A DNA stretch of 63,630 bases, the filler included, from Rhizaria sp. SCN 62-66 (lineage: Eukaryota): the NCBI GenBank assembly GCA_001724265.1. It is 3 parts of 3 records of this genome, joined end to end, with 100 filler letters (N's around TTAATTAATTAA, not from the genome) between each part and the next. Parts side by side here need not be neighbours in the genome. Positions count along the whole stretch, not along the records: positions 42,817 to 63,630 come from MEDY01000453.1; 2 more parts are not named here. One strand, given 5' to 3'. Both the position numbers and the translations under genes were made by a program. Position 1 is the first letter of the stretch; the number at the start of each line of letters is the position of its first letter. Under the pieces are notes generated by a model. That model saw nothing but the letters and a program-made list of their open reading frames with translations, was not told where the DNA came from and did no database searches. Shown in pieces: positions 44,396 through 56,124 of this stretch.

Positions 44396-46560
44396 ATGTC
44401 GTCTTCCGTAGCTGATGTGGCTCGTCTGCTGCACCTCGACGTCGAGGCGCAGACGCACGCTATTGTCGCTGACATGCAGGAGGAGCCCCGCCTCGTACGT
44501 CCTCTCATAATCCTCTTTCTCGCTCCATAATATCTTTTTCGATAGTGATTCATTCACACTTTATCTAAATATAACAATGTATCATATTAGTATCTCACGC
44601 TTAATTTTCTTATTGTCCTGTATTAACGCGCGCACAGACGAAGGACCGGATCAGCCGCGACCAGCGCATCGCGGCGCGGCTGGCGCAGCTCGAGTCGGAC
44701 TGGCGTCAGCTCTCGGACTTCTACGCCGACGCCGACGGCACGCGCCGCGCGCAGCTCGATGCGTACTCCTACACCGACTCGCTGTCGCCGTTTCTGCAGC
44801 GCGCGGCGGCCGTGCGTGCGTACCACGCCGCGCAGGGCGACCTGGCCGCGCTCGCCACAGCCCACGACGCCGCGCTCTCGACCTTCGTGCAGGCCTCCGC
44901 GGCCGCGCTGGCGGACCCCGTACATGCACCCGCCGTGCCCGCGGCCGCCGCGGCCGCCGCGGCTGTGGCAACCCCGGCGTCGCTGCGCTTCGCGCCCGCG
45001 GAGCTGCAGGGCCGCGTGCTGGACCTGCAGCCGCTGCACGCACGCTTCCTCAACCTCCCCCTAGTGCGCCCCCGCCTCACCGCGGCCGCCACTGCCGCCG
45101 CTGCTGCTGGTGCTGCTGGTGCTGGGAGCGGCGCGTCCGCTGCGATGACGGAGGTGTCGTACATGGACTTCTTGTCCCTGCTCGCCGAGCTCTCCTGCGC
45201 GCTGCCGGCCTCGGCCAAGCTCTCATTGTCCTCCGCCGCGGCGACGGTGTACCTGGCGTTCCTCCAGGACCTCTGCGCCGCGCTGGGCTCCTTCCACGCG
45301 CGCACGCGGCCGCTGGCGCCGCCCGCGGCCGCGCTCGAGGCCGAGGCCGACGCCGCGTGCGCCGCGCTCTGGGCCGCGCGCGCGCTCCCCGGGTGGTTCC
45401 CCGCCGCCGACGCCGCCGCCGCCGCCGAGGCCGTGGGCGCGCCGCCCACCGAGTACCCCGTGCGGCCCGCCGTCGCCGCGCTGCTGGGCGGCCAGACCGC
45501 GAAGCAGCTGCTCGACGCCAGCAACAGCAGCAACAGCAAGGATAACAACGCAGATGCTCAGGGACAGCAGCAGATGACGGATGGCAGCTCTGACTCGGGC
45601 TCTAGCTCGAGCTCTAGCGCCTCTGCTGCTGCTGATGCGCTGGGTTTGGACAGCAATCCGCTGTTTTGCGTCGCCTGCGACAAGCTTTTCCCCAAGCAAA
45701 CCGTGTTCGACTCGCACTTGACTGGCAAGAACCACCGCAAAAACGCGGAGAAGCGCGCGCAAAGCAGCGCCAACGCCGGCCATCACAACAACAGCAGCAG
45801 CAGCAGTGTCAGTAGCTCCAGCGCGAGCGCGAGCAGCTCTGCGTCTCCTGCGGCTGCATCTGCCTCTGCTTCTGCTGGTTCTGCTGAGGGCGCCAGCTTC
45901 AGTCGCAGCGCCTTCGCGGAGGCGGCGGCGCGGCTTGAATTCCGCGCGGCGGCGTGGTGCGCGCTGCTGCGGCCCGTGCTCGAGGCCACGCTGCTCTTCC
46001 TCGACAAGCGCCGCACGGCGTCATACGCGGAGCTGGCCGCGGGCGCGCTGGACGGTGCGGCGGGCGCGCTCGACGCAGCCGCAGAGATCTCGGCCGCCGC
46101 CGCCGCGTCCGCCGCGGGGGCCGCGGGCGGCGCGGGCGGCGCGGGCGGCGACGAGGACGACGAGGACGCGGCGGGCGCGCGGTACAACCCGCTGGACGTG
46201 CCGCTGGGTTGGGACGGGAACCCGATCCCGTTCTGGCTGTACAAGCTGCACCAGCTCAACCTGCGCTTTGAGTGCGAGATCTGCGGCGGCGAGAGCTTCC
46301 GCGGCACGCGCGCCTACTACCAGCACTTCCGCGAGTGGCGGCACACGTACTTCCTCAAGGCGCTGGGCATCCCGAACTCCGAGCACTTCGTCAACGTGGC
46401 CAAGGTGGACGACGCGCGCGCGCTGCACGCGCGGCTGCAAAGGGACCAGGCGCAGGGCCAGTTCCGCGCCGCGCAGCAGGAGGAGGTCGAGGACATGCTA
46501 GGCAACGTTTACAGCAAGGGCGCCTACGACGACCTCAAGAGCAAGGGACTTATCATCTGA
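44396..46560 (+). CDS. SF3A3: Splicing factor 3A subunit 3 (Prp9/SF3a60), ~673 aa, 2 exons
   Basis: Exons 44396-44494 and 44638-46560; intron GTACGT...CAG. Zinc finger FCVACDKLF.KQTVFDSHLTGKNH, YNPLDVPLGWDGNPIPFWLYKLHQL, FECEICG...FRG.RAY..HFREWRH, EEVEDMLGNVYSK..YDDLK.KGLI. Ends TGA. Confidence 0.95.
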
Positions 46561-47138
46561 GCCAGACAACACGCAGTGAGGGACTTTCGTGATCGCAAAG
46601 CTTTGTTGTTGCTGCGGCTGAACTGGACAACCAACTTTACCGTTGGGCCAGTGATGTTATTTGGTGTTTTTGTGAATTAATAATACGTTTATACAGTAGA
46701 GTGAAGAAAATACACACGAATACAGAAAGTTTCAGTCCCGTAATATGCGTTTATAAAGCGTGATATGTGTCGATAAGCATTTGCACGCAGTTGCCGGACA
46801 CAGACTAGCCGTTTTTGTGGGCTCGAGTGCCTCCTGCGATGACGATCAACAACTATGAAGAAGTCGGTGTATGGTCCGTTAATGAACAGGTTACTAGAAT
46901 GTCAGGATATTTTACTTACTTTCACGTTTGTTTTTCTTTTACCATTGCGGATAACGTTTTTTTGACTCCACTATATTGTTTTCAGTGGTCCTGAAACAGA
47001 CACCCAACTCTCTCCACAAGAGCGACGTAACGCTTCTTCCCTGCAGAGCCACGACGCACGCTACGCGCGTGACTGACATATAGCAAACTAAGCTTAGACT
47101 TATTGCTGAAAGCCGCCTTATTACTGGCGCAGGACGCG

Positions 47139-48022
47139 ATGCCAGTCTCAGCCGGCTCCCGCCGCCCCGACACTGCCCGCGCCCCTTCATCGTCGTCCGC
47201 CTACGGCGGCGGCGCGGGCGGCGCGGGCGGCGCTGGCGGCTCTGGGGCCTTGGGCCCGCTGGCAGGCACAGATTTGGACGCGCTGACGACGGACGAGCTG
47301 CGGCGGCTGTCGTCAGCCTTCCAAGACACGCCATCGCAGACGCTGCTGTTGTCGGCGCTCGAGCGCCGTCTGTCGTCCTTCTCGGCGCGCCCCGCCACGG
47401 CCCACACCGCGCGCCCGGTCGCCGCTGCGGGCGCCGCTGCGCAGTACGGCCCCTTACGCGCGCCCGCGGCCGCAGCGACGCTGCCACGCGGGTTCACATC
47501 TTTCGCAGCGCCAACAGAGGCATCATCGTCATCGTCGTCGTCGTCTCTCGCGCGCACGCTGCCTTCTGCTCGTGCCAATAACAGCGCTGCCGCGCAAAAC
47601 AGGGCGCGGCGCGGCGGCGCTGCCAGCGCGGTGCCCAACTTTCTGCGCCCCACGGCCGCGTCGAACTCCCAGGGCGCCGGCAAGCGCATCCTGCCGCCGG
47701 CCCTCATCGGGCTCAGCGCCAGTCACAGCGCCCGTCTCGGCGTCGGGGCGCGGCCGCAGCAGCAGCAGGTGCGGGCGCAGGCGCGGCAGCCGTGGCAGAG
47801 CTCAACCGCGACTGCGGCGGCTGCCGCTGCGAGCGCGACTGCCACAGGCCCACGTCGGCAGCAGCAGCAGCAGGCCCAGTCTCAGTCCCAGTCGGCGCGC
47901 GCTCAGTGGCAGCGGCCCTCGTCGCCGCCGTTCCCACGCGCGTACGCGCGCACCGGCAGCAGCGGCGCCGGCGGTGGCCGGGCCGGGCTCGACTCGACAG
48001 GCGCCTTCATCGCCGCCAACGA

Positions 48023-48055
<33 letters not shown>

Positions 48056-51000
48056 TGCCAGTAGCGTCGGCTTCGGCTCCGGATCCCGGGGCGTGTCGTT
48101 GCTGTCTCATCCCCCTAATGCCCGCAGCCAGGGCAACGGGGTCGACGACGTCGACGACAGCGCCGCTTTATACGCCGACGACGCCGCCCAGCGCAGCGGT
48201 CTGTATCGCGGCGAGCCCGCCACCTCCGGCGTGTGGACGGTTCCCGGACCTGCCGACGACGACAATACCAATCACGACAACAATGAGAATGACGACCCTG
48301 ACGCAGCGCACCGCAACGCGGAGGTCGCGGCGGTGACGCTGGCGCTTGAGGTGTGGGACGGCGAGCGCCCACTGCCCAACAGCAGCAGCAACGGCACCGC
48401 TCGCGGAGGCAACAAAAACGCGGCGCGTTTCAACCCTGCGGCCGCGGCTGCTGCGGCCGAGGCGGATGCGGCGCGCGCGCAGCTGTCGGCGCTGGCCTGG
48501 GAGGCCGAGGCCGACCGGCGCGCGGCCGCTGCCGCTGCGGCGGCCACGGGCGCGGGCGCGCGGCGATTCGCACAGGCCGCGGCCGCCGTCGAGAGGCTTG
48601 CTGTCGTCGCTGAGAACACTGCGCGCGCCGCGGCGAGTCAGAGCAAGCTCCAAAAGCAGCAACAGCAGCAGCAGTCGCTGCAGAGCAAAGGGACGGCGCC
48701 TGGGCTGAGTGCGAGTGTGCGGAGGACCAAGAGCAGCACCCGACGCGCGGATAGTGGTGACGACAACGACAACGACGAAAACAGGCGCAACGGCTGCAGC
48801 CCCGCGACTGCGCCCTCACAACCGCAACAACAGCAACAACTGCAACAGCAGCCGCCGCAGATGGCGCCGCAGCTGGCGCCGCCCTATCTGCCGCCCACTC
48901 CCTGGGGCGGCTACGGCGGCTACGGCGCCCACGGCGGCGGCGGCGGCGGCGGTGCGATGGGTATGGGCATGGGCATGGGGATGGGTGAGGCGATGATGAT
49001 GTCGATGCTTATGGCGCAGCAGCAGCAGTTTGCGTGGCAAATGTACACCCAGCAGCAGCAGCACCAACACCAGCAGCAGAAGGAGGCTGCGCGCCGCCGT
49101 CGCCGTCGCCGCCGCCGCCACCGGGGCGGTTACAGCGACGACGACGACGATGACGACGACAGCGACGGGAGCCGAGGTTACTCCGACTCGGACGCCGGCT
49201 CTGGCTCCGGCTCTGGCTCGGACCGTCGCCGCCGCAGCAGCCGCCGCCGCAGCCGCCGCGGCGCCCGCAGCGGAGGCAACGACAGGCGCAGCGGCGGCGG
49301 CCCCCCCGGCGCGGCGTCCCTGCAGCGGCGCGGGTCGATCAACCCGCTCGAAGTCGACCTGGACATGGATTTGGACTCGCCAGACGCGGTCACATACACC
49401 AAGCAGCCCCTCGCCAGCGCGGCGGCGACGGCGACGCCCAGGGCCGCGCCCGCGACGCCGGCGACGCGCGGACTCTCTTTGCTCTCGCCGGGCTCCCCGA
49501 ACCCCGGCGCAAGCGGCCTGGCGGACCGGCCCGTCTTGGGCGCGCTACGGCCCTCGCTGGCGTCCCCGCCCGCCACGCCCCGGGTCTCGCCACCGGGCCT
49601 CAGTGGCGGTGGCGGGCTCGGCGGGCTGTCGCTTTCCGTGCCGCCGACGCCGCAGGCCGCCGCGGGCGCAGGGCTTTCGCTCTCGGGCTTCGCGGTGCCG
49701 CCTGCGCTGTCGCTGGCGTCCTCTCTACCGCCGCAGCCGCCGCAGCCGCCGCTGCCGCCGCAGGAGCCCGAAGCCGAGACCGAGGCCTCTGCGCCCTACG
49801 CCACCCTCGCGCGCGCCATTAACGACAGCAGTAACAAAGGCACAGACGCGGTGCCGCCGCTGCGCGCGGCGGCCCCGTCGACGCGCAAGCACGCGCCGCC
49901 TGCGCTGACCGCGCGCGTGGCCGCGCTGCTCTCGGCGCCGCCGCTGCGGCTGGCCGTGTCGGCGCCCGCGCTGGCGCTGGCGCTGCCGCCGCTGCTGCGG
50001 CTCGCGGCCGCGCAGCTGCACCGCGCCGCGGGCCGCGCGCTGCTGCCCGCGACACTGCTGGCAGCCGACCCCGCGCTGGCGCTGGGCGGCGCCGCGCTCC
50101 GGGGCGGCTTCGCGGCGCTCGCGGCGACGACTGCCGCGGCATCTGCGCAACAGTCAGCCCATAGCGGTGCTGCTGCTGCAGACGGCGACGGCGACGGCGA
50201 TGACGAGGCCGCTGTGGCGGCGCACGAGAGAGACTCGCTGGACGACCTTGCGCTCGCACTCGCGGCGAACAACGCCAACAGCAATAGCGCAAGCGCTGGC
50301 AGTGCCTCTGCAGTCGAGGCGGCGCCGGCTCCGGGGGCTGAGGTGGCTGCGACTGCGTTTGCGGCGCGCTTTCTGTGCTGGGCCGCGCAGCTCGCCGCCG
50401 CCACTCTGCTGTCCCCCAACAGCGGCAGGGATAGAGGCAGCAACAGCAGCAGCGGCAGTCAGGCCGACGGGCCTGCGCTGCGGCGCGAGGCCGCGGCGGG
50501 GTTGCTGTGCGCCCTGTGGCACCACGCGCGCGCCGGCGCCACTATGGCGGGGACGGGGGTTCCTGCGTGCGAGACCGCCGCGCCGGGCCCCGGGCTGCTG
50601 CCGCTGCGCGTGCCGGCCGCCGCGGCGCTGGCGCTGGCCCGCGGCCGGCCCGGCGCCGCGGAGCTGGGCTGCTGGGCGCTGGCGCTGGCCGCCGCCGCGG
50701 CTGCGGACGCTGCGGCCGCGGGCGCGGTGATTCGCGAGGAGCCGGAGTTGGAGCCGGAGCGGGAGCGGGAGCTCGAGAGAGAGAGGCTGCGCGAGCGCGA
50801 GCGCGAGCGCGAAGCGAAGGCAGCGGCCGAGGCGAAGGCTGCTGCTGAAGCCAAAGCTGCCGAGGAAGCCAAGATTGCTGCTGAAGCTAAGGCCGCTGCC
50901 GAAGAAAAGGCTGCCGCCGAGGCCAAAGCTGCAGCTGAAGTCAAGGCTGCGACTGAAGTTAAGGCTGCTGCAGATGCGAAAGCAGCCACTAAGGCTAAAG

Positions 51001-52247
51001 CCGTCGCCGCCGCTGCCGCCGCCACTGCTGCCGCCGCAGCGGCTGCAGCGAAGCCCGCGCCACTGAGCGTTGTCAGCGGTGGGGAGAGCGAAAGCGAGGC
51101 GACCGAGGCGGAGACACCGCGGCCGGTGAGCGCGGGCGACGCGATGAAGCGCGCGCGCGAGGCCGCGGCGGCGCGCAAGGCGGCCAAGAAGGAGAAGAAG
51201 GACAAGCGGGACAAGAAGGACGTCGCTGCTGCTGCCGCTGTTACTGCGGTTGCAGAGCCGGCGACGCCAACGGGCAAGCAGCCCAAGAGCGCGCGCAAGA
51301 GCGTCACTGCCGCTGCCTCCGCTGCCGCCGCAACTGCTGCTTCGACTACCGCGCCCGCCGCGTCGTCAGCAGCGCCGGCGACGCCTTCGACCAAGGCCAA
51401 GTCTCTTAAGCCTGCAGCTGCTGCCGCCGCAGCCGAGCCCGCTGCGCCCGCCGCGCCCGCGCTCGTGGAGCCCCCCGCCGCGCCAGCACCGTCGTCGGTG
51501 GACACCGAGGTCCGCGCCACGGTCCGCGCGCTAGCTGCGGCCGCCACCGAGGCCAAGGCCCTGACGCAGCGCCTCGCGGCCGTCAACAACACTGTCGCTC
51601 ACAGCGGCAGCGAGGCGGCGGCGGCGACGGGGCTGCGCGCGCTCGCAGCGCGCGCGCTGAGCACCGACGACGAGCTGCGGCTCTCGAGGCCGCCCTTCGC
51701 GCTGCTGCACGGCGTGCTGGCGCTGCTGCACGGCGCGTGCCTCGAGGCGCGCGCGGGGTTGGCCAGCGCGCGCAAGCTGCCCAGCGAGGTCGGGCTCATG
51801 CCGCTCGCGCTGCTGCCGTCGCCGCTGCTGCTGGGGGCCGCGCCCGCGGCGCTGCTGGCGACCACGGACGAGGGCAAGACGCTGCGCCGGGGCTTTGTCA
51901 CCGCGCTGCTGCAGTGGCTTCACGCGGTCGCGCAGCGCCGCAACGACGCCAGCGACGCGTACGCGTTTCCTGAGGCGCGGCGCCTGCTGCGCGGCTGGTT
52001 CTTGCTCCCCGAGGGCGCGAGCACTGCTGCTGCGGCCGCTGATCATGCTGCTGCTGCTGTTGCTGATCCTTTTGCAGCGGTAAGTGGGAGCGCGCGTGCG
52101 GAGGCTGCGCGCGCGCTTGCGAGCGCGGCACTGGCGGGCAAGGGGCCCGAGAAGACGAACCGCGTGCTGCAGGCCGTGCTCGCGGTCACCGTGGCGCGGC
52201 TCCGCGAGGGCGTCCAGTTTGAGGAGGAGCAGGCGAAGAGCAAGTGA
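47139..52247 (+). CDS. Large low-complexity protein (~1702 aa) with EAKAAA repeats and a C-terminal IFT54/TRAF3IP1(MIP-T3)-like CH domain
   Basis: Uninterrupted ORF ending TGA. The C-terminal motifs LSRPPFALLHGV and LAGKGPEKTNRVLQAV resemble the IFT54 motifs LSKPPFRYLHDI and VAGHEPERTNELLQ. Confidence 0.75.
50811..51000 (+). repeat. Degenerate 18-bp coding tandem repeat (EAKAAA, about 10 units)
   Basis: EAKAAA EAKAAA EAKAAE EAKIAA EAKAAA EEKAAA EAKAAA EVKAAT EVKAAA DAKAAT in the translation. Confidence 0.85.
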
Positions 52248-52630
52248 TTTGACGAGCAATACTGACACATGTGATTCAGGGAATACTTAATGTTTTGTTT
52301 ACTTAGAGTACTATTTTCATCAATACAATGATCTTATTGATTATTTTCTTAAAGTGATGGACATTCAGATGCCTGTCATGCTTACTGATGAGATGATTTA
52401 CATAAAGTGAGCTGTATTTGTTTTGCTTTACTTTGCTTGTGACCGATTGAGCAGAGACTGCTCATATCCGTCTGTTGTTGTTGAGATACTCAGTTACAAG
52501 TACGACTTCTGTGTTCTTGTTCTTGCAATGTACATATGCAAGTTGTTCTTTAGTTTCCAAGCAAGAGGGACTTGCACAAATGATGAACGTTTTGTTTGAT
52601 GTGTACCGTGGCCATATGAACGCTGAGCGC

Positions 52631-53661
52631 TTACTTTTTGGTGGTGGCGCACATCTTCTCAAGGTTCTTGAAGTAGCGGATGGTGCGGACGCGGCACTCG
52701 AGCGTGGCGTCATCGTCGAGCACCAGCAGCGCGCTCTTGTGCATCTGCAGCACCGACATCGTGTACATGTGGTTCACGCCGAGCTCGATGCACTTCATCA
52801 CGGCGTCGGCCTTGCCGATGCCGGTGGTAGCGACGACGACTTCGCGCGCGTCCATGACGGTCCCGACGCCCACCGTGAGCGCCATCGTGGGCACGTTCGA
52901 CACGTCGTCGCCGAAGAAGCGCGAGTTGGCAACAATCGTCTCGTAGGCGAGCGTCTTGATGCGCGTGCGCGAGGTGAGCGAAGAGCCGGGCTCGTTGAAG
53001 GCGATGTGGCCGTCGGAGCCCAGGCCGGCTAAGAAGAGCTCGATGCCGCCGAAGCGCGCGATCGCGGCCTCGTACTCGCGGCACTCCTGCTCCAGGTCCT
53101 CCGCCTCGCCGTTGAGAATGTGCACGTTGGCGGGCACAATGTCGATGTGCTTGAAGAGGTGCTGCCACATGAAGGTGTGGTAGCTCTGCTCGTGGTCGCG
53201 AGGCAGACCGACATACTCGTCCATGTTGAACGTCACCACGTGCTTGAAGGAGAGCTCACCGGCCTGCGGGAGCAAATGTGTAAAGTACAACGAAAAGAAG
53301 GCACCATGTTGCAGAGGTTAGCAGAGTTATATATCATGCGTGAGATGTGTTGCGGTGCAGGAAGGTGTAGCGATGAGAGATTATGAAGTGACGCCAGCGG
53401 TGCCGAGAACGAGATTTTGGTGGTTTTAGGTGGGAGCTGAAGGAATAAAAACAAAAGATTATTGTAGACAAGAGTTGATTGTAGACGAACCTTGCAGTAC
53501 TCGACGAGCTTCTTGTAGATGGGGATGGGAGTGGAGCCCGTGGGAAGACCGAGCACGAACGGGCGCTCCTCAGTGGGAGCGAATGCATGAATGCGGTTCT
53601 TGATGTGCTCCGCAACATACAGAGCGACATCGGGCGCAACTTCACGAATGATGACACGCAT
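52631..53661 (-). CDS. GNPDA: Glucosamine-6-phosphate deaminase (NagB/GNPDA), 267 aa, 2 exons
   Basis: Exons 53661-53491 and 53263-52631; intron GTTCGT...CAG. Motifs FVLGLPTGSTP, VVTFNMDEYVGL, GLGSDGHIAFNEPGSSL.SRTR, VPTMALTVGVGT. Ends TAA. Confidence 0.96.
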
Positions 53662-54000
53662 AGTTTTTCAACAGAAAAGCAAAACGCAGCTTCACGATCA
53701 CATCTTTTCTACGACTCCTCTTCAAAATCATGCCGCCCTTCCGCCCTTTTGCGTTCCTGGGACAGTCAGCCGGCCAATAGCGTGGACAATAGTACTTTCT
53801 AGATTTTTCACAACGACAACAAACACAAACGAGTAAAATTCCGGACTATCTTAAAAATAAAGCTATCATTTATTAGATTTTATCATACTTTTACGCTATA
53901 ATACAAACATTCAAAACATATAGAACAATCATTTGTGGACATCACAACAGATTCTTTAACTAATCCCTCAAGCCTGGCGTTTCGCTCCGGCGTTGGGCCC

Positions 54001-55383
54001 TCACATGCGGCAGACGTAGCTGTTCGCGCGCGAGAGGTAGCGCACCCAGCGCTCCATCTCGTAGCCCTGCTGCGTGGCGGTGCGCAGGTAGACGACGCGG
54101 AGCCGCGAGGCCGAGTACATGGGCACCTCGAAGTGCATCGAGATGGGCCCAACTTCCTTGCGCACGGCCGCGCCTGCCGCGGCCGAGAGCGTCACGCGGC
54201 ACCGGATCAGGTGCTCCTGCGCGCCGTCGAAGCGCTTGATGTACCAGCGCAGCACCTTGGCCTTGTCGTCGTACTCGGCGACCTGGTCCTTGGGCGCGCC
54301 GCTGCCGCCGTCGCGGCTGCCAGGCACGGGCACGTTGCCCAGCTCGGCGACGACCGAGGTCGCCGTGCGCGGCAGCGGGATCAGCACCACGACGTTGGTG
54401 CCGTAGTTGGCCTCGGGGATGTCGGCGCGGACCTTGATCGCGAGCTCGATCTTGTGCGGCGACGCCAGCTCGAAGAAGGGGAACACGCGGAACGGGGGCC
54501 GGAACTCGCCCGTCACGCGGTAGTTCATCGCCACAAACTCGCCGTCAGGCGGCACCAGCGTCAGCACGCGCTGTGACTCCCAATCAGAGAGCCGCACGCA
54601 CTCGTGGAAGTTGCAGTCGTCGAGCTCCACGGCGTGTGCGCCAGCGTGCGCCGGCCGCTCAGAGCCGTCGCCGAGCACGACCAGGTCCTCGTTCAGCGCC
54701 AGCCGCAGCTCGGGGTTCCCGCCCAGGTAGGACTTGACCTGGATAGTCCCGTCCACGGCCTGGTTCAGCACGTGCCCCGCCGAGTCGAAGGTGAGCGAGA
54801 GGCGCTCGAAGACGTCGACGAAGACCTGGTTCTTCTGCCGGTCGCGCGTGCGGAACGTGATGGGCTTGTCGACCGCAGAGGACTGGATGGTCTTGCTCGC
54901 GCTGCTAAAGACGGCGGGCAGCTTGAGCCCGCCACGCGTCTCGGGCACGGCGTTGGCCACGGGCGCGGGGTCGTTGAAGATGAAGGCCTTGAGCGACTCG
55001 GTGGAGCAGGTCTGCGGGTAGCCCCAGTCGAAGATCTCGTCGAGCAGCTCGTAGATGAGCGTGAAGTTGGAGCGCACCGACTCCTCCGTGAGCACGCCAC
55101 AATAGTCCTTGAAGAGGCGCGTAATGCGCACGAGCAGCTCAATGGCTTCGGCGGGGGACTCGTTCGTGATGGTCGTCAGCACGAAGAAGAGCCCGGACTT
55201 CTTGATCCAGACGTAGTGCACGCCGTCCACGTTGAACACCGGCGGCGCCTCCTGCGCGCGCCCGTTCCAGAAGCGCACGTGACGGAAAAAGGTCTCAGCC
55301 GTGGAGCGGATCAGCTCGGAGCGGAACGAACGGAACACGATCGAGTCGCCGCGCGGGCCCAGCACGTAGAACTGAGAGAACAT
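54001..55383 (-). CDS. AP4M1: AP-4 adaptor complex medium (mu) subunit, 460 aa
   Basis: MFSQFYVLGPRGDSIVFR, FKDYCGVLTEESVRSNF.LIYELLDE..DWGYPQ, QVKSYL.GNPELRLALNEDL, LDDCNFHECV, PPDGEF.AMNYR, RWVRY...ANSYVCRM; these are mu4-type signatures. Ends TGA. Confidence 0.9.
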   Translation of the reverse strand: MFSQFYVLGPRGDSIVFRSFRSELIRSTAETFFRHVRFWNGRAQEAPPVFNVDGVHYVWIKKSGLFFVLTTITNESPAEAIELLVRITRLFKDYCGVLTEESVRSNFTLIYELLDEIFDWGYPQTCSTESLKAFIFNDPAPVANAVPETRGGLKLPAVFSSASKTIQSSAVDKPITFRTRDRQKNQVFVDVFERLSLTFDSAGHVLNQAVDGTIQVKSYLGGNPELRLALNEDLVVLGDGSERPAHAGAHAVELDDCNFHECVRLSDWESQRVLTLVPPDGEFVAMNYRVTGEFRPPFRVFPFFELASPHKIELAIKVRADIPEANYGTNVVVLIPLPRTATSVVAELGNVPVPGSRDGGSGAPKDQVAEYDDKAKVLRWYIKRFDGAQEHLIRCRVTLSAAAGAAVRKEVGPISMHFEVPMYSASRLRVVYLRTATQQGYEMERWVRYLSRANSYVCRM

Positions 55384-56124
55384 GACGCTGGCGTTACGGT
55401 CTCCTGATGTGCGTGTGCTTAGGGTTGTGTAGGTTGATACGGGTGCAGTGAGGATGGAGTGCCACAACAACAGACCAGAAAGAGGAGCTTAGGGTCGAGT
55501 AAGCGGCGTTGCTATGCCTTGACGGGAAGACGGAAAGCGAAGCAGGTCTGCAGACGGAGAATCAGCAACGAGACAGAAGACGAGAGACAAGGAGGGTGAG
55601 CACGAGGCTCGGGCGCATTGCATGTTGACGAGTTAAAACGCAAATTAAAAGAAATATCAACGCAGTATCTCGCGATACAAAGGCACTAGCACGTTGTTTG
55701 TGTCTTAGTTATTGAGATAACGCGGTAAAGAGAGAGGGAGACGTCTCCAGTCAGCAAGCTCCGACAGGGGCGAATCTTTTCTCATTGATCGACGCGAGGA
55801 TCGGCAGTGGCGGCAACGGGAATTTACTAAGATATTGTGCACATAACGTCCAAGCGACGAATCATCACACACAGGTATCAGCCGATATACAGCACGCATA
55901 ATCCGGATGCGAAATTTAGCTGCACACGCGAAACAGAGACGGCATTTTTTGCGAACCACCTCGTGGTAGCGCCAGAAAGTTGATTCGTGGTTGGCCAGGA
56001 TATTGCCTTCGCCATCTCGTTTTTCCCTTCGTCAACAGTCGTTTTACAGCGTTTTTTACGACCTTTAACACTTTTTATCTTTTTATTTTATTTTACACCC
56101 GCCCAATTTTGCGTTAACCAGAGC

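Noticed and set aside
50811-51000. TolA-like EAKAAA repeat suggesting bacterial origin
   Set aside because: A generic helical low-complexity repeat; similar tracts occur at about 57160-57250 in another gene.
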